NCBI GenBank assembly: GCA_043801165.1
Contig: JAZDMG010000028.1
Coordinates: 10,988 to 74,987 of the forward strand
DNA: 64,000 nt
DNA from: an archaeon
Lineage (GTDB): Archaea; Nanobdellota; Nanobdellia; Woesearchaeales; SM23-78
Direction: 5' to 3'
In this document: positions 40,420-49,684 of the stretch, one piece after another
Numbering within the stretch: position 1 is the first letter of the stretch
Layout: the number at the start of each line of letters is the position of its first letter
The notes under the pieces: generated by a model
Told to the model about the DNA's origin: nothing
Seen by the model: the letters and a program-made list of their open reading frames with translations, nothing else
Database searches by the model: none
Position numbers and translations under genes: made by a program

Positions 40420-41153
40420 AAAAAAGAACAAGAAACGAAGTTTTTTTCGTACTCGTTGTGCTGGGACTAATACTTCTACTGACCGACAGGGATATATCTG
40501 TGAATGGCAGGGCAATCCAGGACATACAAGGGATAACCCTTGTTTCACCATCAGATAACACCCAGACCAAGAACGGCAACATCTTCTTCACATTCAAATA
40601 CAATCCCGAGACTAGTATGAAGAGCTGTTCGTTGATGATTGATGAGAAACCGGCTCGGATCATGGATACATTGCTCTCAGCATACAGCACCAGGATGCAG
40701 GCAGAGTTGGCTCCTGGAGAATATCATTGGGGTATAGCATGCATAGACTCTGATGATTTTGAGATTAAATCAGAAAGAAGAAACATCATCATCCTGCCTG
40801 AGGGAGAAAATCCTATCCAAGTCGATTATTTCTTCAACAAGCCAGGGACGAAATATACTTTCGAGCTAAAAGAAAATTTGGACTTGAACCTTGAGAACCT
40901 GGTGCCAAACGACGTCATCATCGCAAAAAGAGACAAGAGCTCATACGAGACAACAGTGCTCAGGATCAACCAGGATTACTCAAAGGACACCGATTCGATC
41001 GAGCTCATGATAATGCCTGGCACAAAAAGGGTCAAGATTAACAGGGGCGAATCACTGAAGGTTGATTTCAACAACGACGGCCTTTCGGATGTCACCTTAA
41101 CGCTCGTGAAAGTCTCATATAAAAGAGCATTCTTGAACATCAGGACTGACTGA
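40416..41153 (+). CDS. Secreted protein, paralog of the upstream gene
   Basis: Shared L.SP.N...C.L.ID...G.Y.W.I.C.D...S and DFNNDG motifs; 4-bp overlap. Confidence 0.78.
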   Translation: MKKRTRNEVFFVLVVLGLILLLTDRDISVNGRAIQDIQGITLVSPSDNTQTKNGNIFFTFKYNPETSMKSCSLMIDEKPARIMDTLLSAYSTRMQAELAPGEYHWGIACIDSDDFEIKSERRNIIILPEGENPIQVDYFFNKPGTKYTFELKENLDLNLENLVPNDVIIAKRDKSSYETTVLRINQDYSKDTDSIELMIMPGTKRVKINRGESLKVDFNNDGLSDVTLTLVKVSYKRAFLNIRTD

Positions 41154-41157
41154 AAAA

Positions 41158-41173
41158 ATAAAGCTATATAAAG
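41158..41173 (+). promoter_or_regulatory. Probable native tRNA-Pro promoter (BRE/TATA), now upstream of attL
   Basis: ataaagctatataaag about 35 nt upstream of the tRNA 5' fragment at 41207, similar to the spacing at other tRNAs in the window. Confidence 0.6.
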
Positions 41174-41303
41174 GAGCGATTGATTCTTCGAATAAAGCTG
41201 TATTATGGGGCTGTAGTATCACCCTTAGAACCTAATTCTGGCTTATACAAACAATGCAGTACAAATGCATTACAAAGTATAAAAATGCTGACCTCCACAC
41301 GGA

Positions 41304-41732
41304 ATGAGAGGAGGTTGGAAGATGATAGACCCATTTGAAAGGACGAGATATATCAAAAACATTGTGCAGATGATATATCCTAAAATATCTCATGAGGAGC
41401 TGAATACCTGCATTCAAAGGATAGCAAAGCACAAGTATAGGAAGCAGATGAAGCTGTCTGAGAAAGAGAGCGTCATATGTGATTTGCTGCTTCAACACCA
41501 GATAAAGCCAGCTACAGCGTATCTCTGGTACAAGGTCCGTAACCTTCCGGCTTATTTACAGCAAGAGATCAGAGACCGAAAGCTGAGCATGACAGAAGCT
41601 TTCCAGAAGAACCTTGAAAGCAACAAGCCAATCCAGGTGCTGGGTGAAGAGCTTGGCAAGGAGATCCAGGAATACGTGAATGAACTGGCCAAGAGAGACT
41701 TCTTGAGGGGTGATGACTATGCAATTCAATGA
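41304..41732 (+). CDS. Hypothetical (possible DNA-binding) protein overlapping the integrase start
   Basis: Basic helical ORF; probable ATG 41322 after ggaggt. Confidence 0.7.
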   Translation: MRGGWKMIDPFERTRYIKNIVQMIYPKISHEELNTCIQRIAKHKYRKQMKLSEKESVICDLLLQHQIKPATAYLWYKVRNLPAYLQQEIRDRKLSMTEAFQKNLESNKPIQVLGEELGKEIQEYVNELAKRDFLRGDDYAIQ

Positions 41733-42651
41733 TCAGGCTCCTGAAGAGCTGTATTCTCAGATAAAAGACAATAAGATGTCTCAAAGGCAGAAAAGATTCA
41801 TCATACAAGCTTTGAAAGAGCAAGGTTTCAAGGTCAAGAAGCAGCAAAAGAAATGGGTCCAGAGAAATAGAGGTAAGCTTCCCTTCAAACCGTCTGACCT
41901 GCCAAGAATCTTTGAGAACATGGACAATCTTAACGTCAGAATGGCCTCATTGGTCGCCCTTGTGACCGGCACAAGGAGGGCTGAGACTGTTGAGATCCTA
42001 AAGAAGAACATTGACCTTGAAGAATGCCGGATTAGGCTTGAGATAACCAAGAAAGGAGTGCCCCAAGACGTCTACTTCCCACAGTCATTCGCGCCCCTCT
42101 TACGGAAATGGTGCCATTACACCAGGGATAGCCCTTTTTTGCTGCCTCACAGGCTAACACCTAACAAGCCCATATGCCTTGCCTCGCTCAATTCTGGGCT
42201 TTCTAAGGCCCTAAAAAAGGCAGGGATGGCAGAAGCCATGTACGTCAAGGAAAACGGGCATACGGTCCAGAAATACGGCTTTCATAGCTTCAGGAAGTTC
42301 TTCTGCAGTATGCTCGTCAACAACGGGGTAAAGCCAGAGGTGGCAAGGATCCTTATGAGGCACGAAAAGGTAGAGCTGACTTTGAAGGTTTACACCCACT
42401 TAGGCAGAAAGACCCTAAACCAGGCCATGGAAAGGATAGACCCAATGTCAAGTTTTGGACTCAAAGAACCAAGACAACAAGACACCCCAAAAACACCCCA
42501 AATAGGCCAACAATTCGCAAACCAGAGCATACTGCTCTTCAACGACTACAGGAATGGAAAGATAAACAAGGAGGAGTATGAACAGAGCAAACAGGAATTA
42601 ATAAGTTTACAAAAAGTGTTTGATAATCACACCAATAATGAAATTCAATAG
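41710..42651 (+). CDS. Tyrosine recombinase/integrase
   Basis: TGTRRAE (R), TKKG (K), HSFR, MRH, VYTH (Y): complete catalytic set. Confidence 0.93.
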   Translation: MMTMQFNDQAPEELYSQIKDNKMSQRQKRFIIQALKEQGFKVKKQQKKWVQRNRGKLPFKPSDLPRIFENMDNLNVRMASLVALVTGTRRAETVEILKKNIDLEECRIRLEITKKGVPQDVYFPQSFAPLLRKWCHYTRDSPFLLPHRLTPNKPICLASLNSGLSKALKKAGMAEAMYVKENGHTVQKYGFHSFRKFFCSMLVNNGVKPEVARILMRHEKVELTLKVYTHLGRKTLNQAMERIDPMSSFGLKEPRQQDTPKTPQIGQQFANQSILLFNDYRNGKINKEEYEQSKQELISLQKVFDNHTNNEIQ

Positions 42652-42659
42652 CGAATAGG

Positions 42660-43187
42660 TTAAAATTTATCTGGAAAAATAATTTTGTGATTATCAAATA
42701 ATGGATCCTTTGGAACATTCATAGCCTTGTACATCTCGCTTAATAAAAATATTATTGAGAAAGAAGCGACGAAAAAAGTGATTTGAGGGTATGCTGGTTT
42801 GTTGTCTTTTGAAAGTATATCACGCATTTTCTTATCAAGAGAGATATCGCCTAAAGTAAAAAACCTATCCATGGTTTTCTTAGGTATCGTGTCTTTTTTT
42901 ATAATACCGTGAGCAAAGTCATTTCTAATTTTATTTACCAGGATTATCCTATTATATAATGTTTTTCTATCTTCAAAAAAACCTAAAGAATCAAGGAGTC
43001 TAACTTTACTCATAAAAGATTTTAAATGTTCGTTCTCAAAAATCACTTTTGAATTTTTAAAATATTTTTCAATAATCTTATCAATCAAGTATTCTATATT
43101 CAAGTGAAGAAATAAAACATGAAGTCTAATATCATCAATTTTTCTCAACTCTGCAACAACATCAGTGTAATATGCCCTGAAATCCAT
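42660..43187 (-). CDS. HEPN-like (MtlR-type) protein
   Basis: H..IE..I, F..KV.LL..LG, RNDFAH (RxxxxH). Confidence 0.6.
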   Translation of the reverse strand: MDFRAYYTDVVAELRKIDDIRLHVLFLHLNIEYLIDKIIEKYFKNSKVIFENEHLKSFMSKVRLLDSLGFFEDRKTLYNRIILVNKIRNDFAHGIIKKDTIPKKTMDRFFTLGDISLDKKMRDILSKDNKPAYPQITFFVASFSIIFLLSEMYKAMNVPKDPLFDNHKIIFPDKF

Positions 43188-43200
43188 TCACAATCCCTCG

Positions 43201-43659
43201 CTATTGTTTTTCAAATTCGCGTATATACTCCTTAGTTCTCTTTAAAGTATATCTGGCAAGTTCCAAGCTTTTTTTTATTTCTTTGATATCTTCCTCGTGC
43301 TCAGGTAACAACTTTTGCAATTCTGACAAACTTCTTTCTGCCAGGATGTCATTAATTTTTATTTTCCAAAATAGGATGCCTTGCTTCCTTCTTTTTGCTG
43401 CTCTTTTCACAGATTGACTTAGTGAAGCTGCTGCTCTTTGCAGAGGGGCGGATTCAAATTGTTCAGTGGGTTGATAAATTATTCTTCCGTACTCATCTGC
43501 TGTGCAGATTAAAGAGCCGTTATTGACACATAAACTTTTAGTATCCCACTTCAAGTATTTTAGAGCTTTTGAAGGTACAGCGAGAGCATAACTGGCTTTA
43601 GAAGGGTCTTTATGTGGTTTGAATTGGAGTTTTAGTTTTCTTTTGTATAACTCGAACAT
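43201..43659 (-). CDS. Hypothetical protein with AbrB/MazE-like N-terminus and coiled-coil C-terminus
   Basis: KLQ...SYALAVPSK...LKW pattern. Confidence 0.5.
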   Translation of the reverse strand: MFELYKRKLKLQFKPHKDPSKASYALAVPSKALKYLKWDTKSLCVNNGSLICTADEYGRIIYQPTEQFESAPLQRAAASLSQSVKRAAKRRKQGILFWKIKINDILAERSLSELQKLLPEHEEDIKEIKKSLELARYTLKRTKEYIREFEKQ

Positions 43660-43753
43660 AATATTAGGTAATACTAAGCCGTATATAAAATTTCCCTATC
43701 GGGAAGAAAAAAGTCCCGATTGCGATATAAACACGTAGTAATATCGGTTTATC

Positions 43754-43897
43754 ATGCAAGAGATAATAACCTTCAAAATCAGCAAAGAGATAAAAAAAGA
43801 AATTCTTCAGAGGGCAAAAGAAGAAGAAAGAAATCTTTCTGAGCTCTGTCGATTATTAATAAAAAATCATCTCAGAGATAAAAATGGCAAAAAGTAG
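43754..43897 (+). CDS. CopG-like ribbon-helix-helix protein (47 aa), absent from the ORF track
   Basis: MQEIITFKISKEIKKEILQRAKEEERNLSELCRLLI. Confidence 0.75.
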   Translation: MQEIITFKISKEIKKEILQRAKEEERNLSELCRLLIKNHLRDKNGKK

Positions 43898-44078
43898 AAC
43901 TATACAATTTCGATGTACAAAATCTCAGTTCGAGCGCATTCAGAATAAGAAGGAGGCTTTAGGTTATACTAAACTTTCTGATTTTCTTAGGGATTTGACC
44001 CTAAAAGACGAATTAGCATCATATTCTCTCATCAGAGAGATACACCAACGAGTGGTGGGAGGTAACAACAAGGGTTGA
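43884..44078 (+). CDS. RHH protein (MobC/CopG-like)
   Basis: RTIQFRCTKSQFERI...LGY..LSDFLR. Confidence 0.72.
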   Translation: MAKSRTIQFRCTKSQFERIQNKKEALGYTKLSDFLRDLTLKDELASYSLIREIHQRVVGGNNKG

Positions 44079-44273
44079 TAAGTTTTGAGAGGGATTGATA
44101 ACGGCCAGGTTTCAATGGGTCGTTATCATCCTTCTTTTATAAATTTTGTACTGAATTTGATTTGAGCCTATTAGGAGGCTATTGAATAATTTGTTGAGTT
44201 TAGGTTTTTCATGAAATCTAAACTAAATCAAACATGACTGTAAGAAACGAATTGAAAATTAGGAGGAGGTATT

Positions 44274-44594
44274 ATGAAGAATAACAGCGATCGAATAGTA
44301 TCAGTAAATCTCAGCCATAAGGCCATGTACGGGTTGATCCATGCAGGCATTATTGATGGCAGGGATAAGAACGTAAGAGAAGGTTCCGATATCAGCTTAT
44401 CAAGGTTTATAAGCGACTTGGTGGAGAGATATGTAACTGATAATGTCAAGGAGGCTCTCATTAATTACTATCAAGTCCGAATTGAGGAAGGGAATAACCG
44501 GCAGGAGGATATTGCCAATCAGAACAGACAATTTGCTGAAAAAATTAAGAAAATCAAAGAGAAATCAAGGGAGGACGATGATGAGCACAGATAA
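44274..44594 (+). CDS. Hypothetical RHH-like protein with coiled coil
   Basis: RIVSVNLS...SLSRFISDLVE; RBS aggaggagg. Confidence 0.65.
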   Translation: MKNNSDRIVSVNLSHKAMYGLIHAGIIDGRDKNVREGSDISLSRFISDLVERYVTDNVKEALINYYQVRIEEGNNRQEDIANQNRQFAEKIKKIKEKSREDDDEHR

Positions 44595-45051
44595 ACAAGT
44601 TGAGGCTAATAGGAAGAACGCTCAAAAAAGCACCGGGCCTGAAGATTGCGATAGGTCCAAGTATAACGCAGTCAAATATGGCTTGACATCAATCAGTCAT
44701 TTTTCAAAAGAGGAAGAATCAACCATAAATGACATATACAACGATTTAGGTCAAATACTCACACCTAAAGATAAGCTTCAAGAGTTTCTCTTGGGCAGAA
44801 TGGCGCTGTATATGTGGCGGCTTCAGAAATCATCTCAAATTGAACAAAAACAGTTCAAGAACTCATTAATAGATTCACAGAATAAACAGGGCAATAAAGA
44901 TAAACAATTCATTCAGGAAATTCAAGGGCGTAAACCTAATATAACTGGTGAGAATATAGACACCAATATTGACTTGATTATGAGATATGAATCTACCAAT
45001 GAGAACAGATTGATTAGGCTTGTTAAGTTCTTCAAAGAGCTACAAACATAA
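44578..45051 (+). CDS. Hypothetical protein with KQ.EANR.NAQKSTGP N-terminus
   Basis: MSTDKQVEANRKNAQKSTGP...NAVKYGL and C-terminal RYE; RBS ggagg before 44578. Confidence 0.75.
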   Translation: MMSTDKQVEANRKNAQKSTGPEDCDRSKYNAVKYGLTSISHFSKEEESTINDIYNDLGQILTPKDKLQEFLLGRMALYMWRLQKSSQIEQKQFKNSLIDSQNKQGNKDKQFIQEIQGRKPNITGENIDTNIDLIMRYESTNENRLIRLVKFFKELQT

Positions 45052-45298
45052 AATTGGCTTCGTTTAGCAAAAAAACCATCAAAAACGGTTAAAGAGAAGA
45101 CCAAATAAGGGCACTTACAAGCAACGTATAAGCTCGAGACAAGCACGAGGATTTCATAAAAAACCTGACAAACTGGACACTTGAAAAGGGGCACCAAAAC
45201 ATAGCTTAGGACAGTGACTGCGTTTCACAAAAACATGCTTGTTTTAATCTACTCACTCAAAATTTTGCATTATTAACGATCAATAGTGCCATTCCGTC

Positions 45299-45592
45299 TT
45301 AGTTCCCTTCTTGTGTTTCTCTTGCTTTCCAGTAGCATTCTTCGTAGTTTGTTGCTTTGTTTTCGAATAAGCATTTTTCTTGTGTTTCTTGGAAGTCTTC
45401 TGCGTTTATTAACTCATCTACACAGTACATTAGCGTAGCGTTGACTTTTGTCAGCTCATCTTTTGTTCTCCTCGTTTCTTTGTCGGTTAATAACACAAAT
45501 CCTACAAGAAGCAAAATCCCTACTGCAAATGCAATACTTAGTGCTTTCCAGTTGATTCCTTTTGCTTTCATCATTATCGACCCCCATACCAT
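45299..45592 (-). CDS. Small single-TM protein
   Basis: N-terminal TM and Cys-containing tail. Confidence 0.6.
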   Translation of the reverse strand: MVWGSIMMKAKGINWKALSIAFAVGILLLVGFVLLTDKETRRTKDELTKVNATLMYCVDELINAEDFQETQEKCLFENKATNYEECYWKARETQEGN

Positions 45593-45628
45593 AGAACTTA
45601 ATCATAGTTTTTAAATTTTCTTATGTTG

Positions 45629-47866
45629 CTACTTAAAGTCTTGCGTGGCGACATAGTAAAGCCCATCATAAGCCACACCCACGCCGATAACATCGTATTG
45701 TGGGTTCAAAATGTTACTTCTGTGCCCGGGGCTATCCATCCAGGAAGAAACTTGGGCGCGAGCTATGCTGTCCGGGTTAGAAGAAACATACCCTATGCCT
45801 TGGACGTTGCCTGTTGGCATTTTTCCTATGTTTTCGGCAACACCGATTGAATAAGATCCTCCTCCCAGAGATTTGTAAGCGTTATAACCGGCCCTGGCGG
45901 CTCTGGCACTCGGATCCTCGCCTTTCAGATTGGTATGTGCAAAGAAGTCATTCTCAACCATGTCCAGGCTGTGTGCTCTGGCTATATCTGCTAATTTATC
46001 ATCCCATGTTAAGGCTCTTAAACCTTGGCTTTTTCTTTCTGCGTTGGTGTATTCAAAAATGGCCTGTTCAACCTCTTTTGTTCTGTTAGAAACAGGCTGC
46101 GGAGGCGCTGTTATCTCTTCAAATGTCGTCTTCACTGCTTCGGAGCCGCTTTTAGCGATCTCAGAAACGTCATCAGCAATTTTAGATCCTTTTTCCTTTA
46201 GCTTCATCTCTTTTATTCCTGTAGAAATAGAATCAAAGAATGATGAAATCCCAATCCAAACCTTATCTAAAGAGAAGTTCCCCTTTTTAGGCTCATCTTT
46301 AAGCACTTCTTCAACAGATTCTTCCTTCGGGATCAATGTTATCTCTCTCGTTACGGTTGTGGTCTGCTTTTCGGCTGGCACAATCTCAGAAACAGTTAAT
46401 TCAACCCCGGGATATTTCCTGCTTAACACGCCAGTTATCTTGTAAACGTCTTTGGTGGTTCCTTTCTTGACGAACAATGCCTTTTGTTCTTGAGTAAGCA
46501 TTCTCAAAGGGATGCTCCTCCCAACATCATCTACTACAGAATCAACATATACGCCTCCTTGTTTAGTTCCTTCGATATCATTTTGGAGATAACCTTTCAA
46601 AATGACCTCTTTCTTATCGTATTCAGCCCAATTTACAAGGTATTCCCTCAAAGAAATCTCAACAGGAACCGCCTCCGTAATGGTTGTTCTTGTAGGCTCT
46701 TGCTTGGTATCGTTAGTTGAAACGGCATCCTGTGTCTTTGGCTGCATTAAAAAGACTATCAGAACGGCAACAGCTATGAGAACTAAAACAATTATAAGCG
46801 AGGTGAGTGCTGCTTTTAGCAGATTCGTATAATTCCGCGATCTTTTCTTAATCGGTTCTGATGCAGTCTGTTCTTGGTTAGCTTGGACTCCTTTTTCTGA
46901 TTCGCATTCGGTCTTCAATTGATATGATTCAGTGATTTTCTCTGGAATACCATAAAGTTTTGAACATCTGTGTTCCTCTGCGCGTTTGTGTTCTTCACAG
47001 AAATGTTCGTGACAATATCGGCATTCATAGGAGTGTTTTTTTAAGTCTTTATTGCAGGAATAGCATTTTTTCAGAATGGCCACGGGTTTCTTATCGTAAG
47101 TTATAAGCTCAGATTTCTTCACCTTGCCTTGCTTGACAGGATTACTCTCTCTTTCAATTGTCGGATACTTTGTAAGATCAATTGTTATTTGACGTTTCGA
47201 ATTATCAAGAATTTTGCCGAGGTTTTTTGAATATCTTTCGCTTTCTTCTTTTTTTTCAATTTGAAGTTTAAGGGCGTACTCTGTACAAGGATGGCCTCCT
47301 TTGTCTTCATCATTCAATCGATCTATTGCAGAAGGGTTATTGAAGTTTCTGAGGTAAGGATGTTTAGCTCTTACATGCTCTTCGCAAAAGAACAACTTGC
47401 AGTAGGGACATTGATGAAGAACTCTCCTTTTACGGCATCGAGCGTCATTACACTTAGAGCGGTCATCTCTATACGGATGTTCTGGCTTGGTTTTCTCTTC
47501 CTTAACATTTCCACCCCCGTGATATACGCCGCCAGGAGGTCTCCATATACGTTGACTTGTTGTTTCCATCTCGTTATAGAACGCAGTTGAATGATTATTT
47601 TCAAAGAGGTGCATGGTCTCATGAATGGCAGTTTCCCTGATCTCTTCGTTGCTTAACCTTTGTAAAATAGCCTTCCTGATACAGATAATGCCTAAATGAA
47701 CATGTATATGAGCTACTTGATCATTGCCGCCAAAAGGACAATCACCATCCCAAAACTCCACACGAGGAGGTTCTAAACCCCTGCTCTTTGAAGCTTCCGC
47801 AACATACTTCAGGAACAAGACTTGTTTATCGCTCATAATACGTCCAATGAATTCCCGACTATCCAT
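45629..47866 (-). CDS. Multidomain protein: HExxH metalloprotease - AN1 zinc fingers - TM - CAP/SCP domain
   Basis: IHETMHL...NHS..FY; CPYC...FCEEH and CRYC...FCEEH; TM; NAER..GL, AHS.DM, ENI, WMDSPGHR.NIL. Confidence 0.85.
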   Translation of the reverse strand: MDSREFIGRIMSDKQVLFLKYVAEASKSRGLEPPRVEFWDGDCPFGGNDQVAHIHVHLGIICIRKAILQRLSNEEIRETAIHETMHLFENNHSTAFYNEMETTSQRIWRPPGGVYHGGGNVKEEKTKPEHPYRDDRSKCNDARCRKRRVLHQCPYCKLFFCEEHVRAKHPYLRNFNNPSAIDRLNDEDKGGHPCTEYALKLQIEKKEESERYSKNLGKILDNSKRQITIDLTKYPTIERESNPVKQGKVKKSELITYDKKPVAILKKCYSCNKDLKKHSYECRYCHEHFCEEHKRAEEHRCSKLYGIPEKITESYQLKTECESEKGVQANQEQTASEPIKKRSRNYTNLLKAALTSLIIVLVLIAVAVLIVFLMQPKTQDAVSTNDTKQEPTRTTITEAVPVEISLREYLVNWAEYDKKEVILKGYLQNDIEGTKQGGVYVDSVVDDVGRSIPLRMLTQEQKALFVKKGTTKDVYKITGVLSRKYPGVELTVSEIVPAEKQTTTVTREITLIPKEESVEEVLKDEPKKGNFSLDKVWIGISSFFDSISTGIKEMKLKEKGSKIADDVSEIAKSGSEAVKTTFEEITAPPQPVSNRTKEVEQAIFEYTNAERKSQGLRALTWDDKLADIARAHSLDMVENDFFAHTNLKGEDPSARAARAGYNAYKSLGGGSYSIGVAENIGKMPTGNVQGIGYVSSNPDSIARAQVSSWMDSPGHRSNILNPQYDVIGVGVAYDGLYYVATQDFK

Positions 47867-47898
47867 CTTAAATCAATCCCTCAAATCAATTACCCGAT

Positions 47899-48210
47899 TC
47901 ATCGCATCTTATAAGGTATCCTCTTCTTCTCCAATAATATTTTCCTTATTTTCTGGCGAATCCAATGACCACGATAAGTCCATGGTTTATATGTAACATG
48001 ACTGGAATCAATAGCAATCCTGACGAGTTCGTTTTTTGTTGGAGCGCGACCATATTTTCGCTCGAATTTGCTGATCAACCTATTGAAGTCCCTGTTAGCT
48101 CTGACAATCATGCTCCGGGGGAGAAGAGGCTTTTTAGGTCTTGGAAATAACAGACTTCTTATCCAAAAAAATATTCCTCTAAGAAAACCTTTTCTACGGT
48201 AGCGTCTCAT
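47899..48210 (-). CDS. Small basic hypothetical protein
   Basis: Arg/Lys-rich; RBS gggggtg. Confidence 0.6.
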   Translation of the reverse strand: MRRYRRKGFLRGIFFWIRSLLFPRPKKPLLPRSMIVRANRDFNRLISKFERKYGRAPTKNELVRIAIDSSHVTYKPWTYRGHWIRQKIRKILLEKKRIPYKMR

Positions 48211-48296
48211 GTTTTACTAACAGCACCCCCTAAAAGCGCAGAAGTCTTTTTTAGCTTATAAACATTAGCAAAAAAACTAAGAAAACAAAAAATTCT

Positions 48297-48509
48297 CTAC
48301 GGTTGTTTGGCAGTTTGTATCGCGTATAAAACCAACACCAGAGCTAATGCTCCCCCAAGCTTTTCATAATTAAGATTTATATTAAATACGATAGATATAA
48401 AGATAATAAAGAAAAATATTGAGAGTATCAAAAGAACAGTCTTTATTCTCTTTTTCCTCAACCAGCTCTCATCTCGTTCTATTCCCTTCTTACTTCGGCT
48501 CATAATCAA
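48297..48509 (-). CDS. Small 2-TM protein
   Basis: Two hydrophobic segments. Confidence 0.55.
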   Translation of the reverse strand: MIMSRSKKGIERDESWLRKKRIKTVLLILSIFFFIIFISIVFNINLNYEKLGGALALVLVLYAIQTAKQP

Positions 48510-48585
48510 ATAAGTATATGAGCCTGCTTAATAAAGTTTATTACTGGGAAAAGAATTAAATATTAGCTTAGAGTATCTCAAATAA

Positions 48586-49101
48586 ATGAGCAAAAAAGGC
48601 ATAAGATTCAAAGCTAAATACGAAAACAGAATTGCAGAAGAATGTGAAATTAAAGAAACACGAGATGGTTCTAAAATTATCATTCCAAAGAAGGAAAATA
48701 GTGACGGACTTCATGCATCATTACACCCTTCAGGAATTTTTAATCTTAGCTCTGGCAAAAGTTATGTCTATGATTTTCTTAACAACCCGAAATTAAAAGA
48801 ATTCGTTGAAAAAAGAGTAAACGATCTTGAAAAGATTGATTGTCCTATCTTTGCCATCATTTTAGATTTAAGAGATATTAAAAAATATGCATCTATAAAG
48901 GACAACGAGCACATCGTTGATTTTGATGCCTATTTCATGGAATCAGAACAAGTAGAAATCCAAAATGATGATTTTAGTTTTGTTTTGAAATATAATGAAC
49001 CATTCTATGAAATAATTGTATTTGATGAGGAATTAAATGCATTTTATGCTGCGAAGAACAAACCAGGTTATGGCATGCCTTTAAATCCAAAAAAAGATTA
49101 A
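48586..49101 (+). CDS. Hypothetical protein
   Basis: 171-aa AT-rich ORF with upstream TATA. Confidence 0.65.
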   Translation: MSKKGIRFKAKYENRIAEECEIKETRDGSKIIIPKKENSDGLHASLHPSGIFNLSSGKSYVYDFLNNPKLKEFVEKRVNDLEKIDCPIFAIILDLRDIKKYASIKDNEHIVDFDAYFMESEQVEIQNDDFSFVLKYNEPFYEIIVFDEELNAFYAAKNKPGYGMPLNPKKD

Positions 49102-49177
49102 CTGTAGCGTGGAGAACCGATTGAATCTAACCAGGCCATGTAATTGAGCTTATCAGTATTACGAGAAACAACGAAGT

Positions 49178-49513
49178 TTATTTAGGCCCTTTCGGTAAGA
49201 AGTATCCAAATAACCAGAGAATCGTTAAGATAGCACCCATAAGGATAAACGGATGCCCGGAGAGTTTTCCAGCGAGCCAAGAAATCCAGTTTATCTCAGT
49301 CGGCACAACGTTATCAACTATGTAACCCGTGGTTCTATCCAGATTCTCATCTGACTTATTAGGATTGCCAAAATCAACACTATTGATAAATATAATGGCT
49401 CCGATGCCAGCTATCACTGCTACAATAGTCAGAAAGATTGTTGGTATATCCTCAATCCAGTCCATAAGATTAGGTGATGGGATATTCATACTTAAAGATA
49501 TCGGGAGCACCAA
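49178..49513 (-). CDS. Small 2-TM membrane protein
   Basis: Two hydrophobic segments; start uncertain. Confidence 0.6.
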   Translation of the reverse strand: MVLPISLSMNIPSPNLMDWIEDIPTIFLTIVAVIAGIGAIIFINSVDFGNPNKSDENLDRTTGYIVDNVVPTEINWISWLAGKLSGHPFILMGAILTILWLFGYFLPKGPK

Positions 49514-49684
49514 TGATATGAATTGTACCTTAAAACCCTGTCCAACCTACAAACGATAAAGTTTTAAAAGAGTACTATCCTCTTGAGGCTTAGAATACTG
49601 TGTGGAGTTAGCCAAAAGCGCTTATTTCAGCTGATTTAGGCGCTGTAAGGCCGGGATTAGGAAAATACTGTCCACAGTACATTT

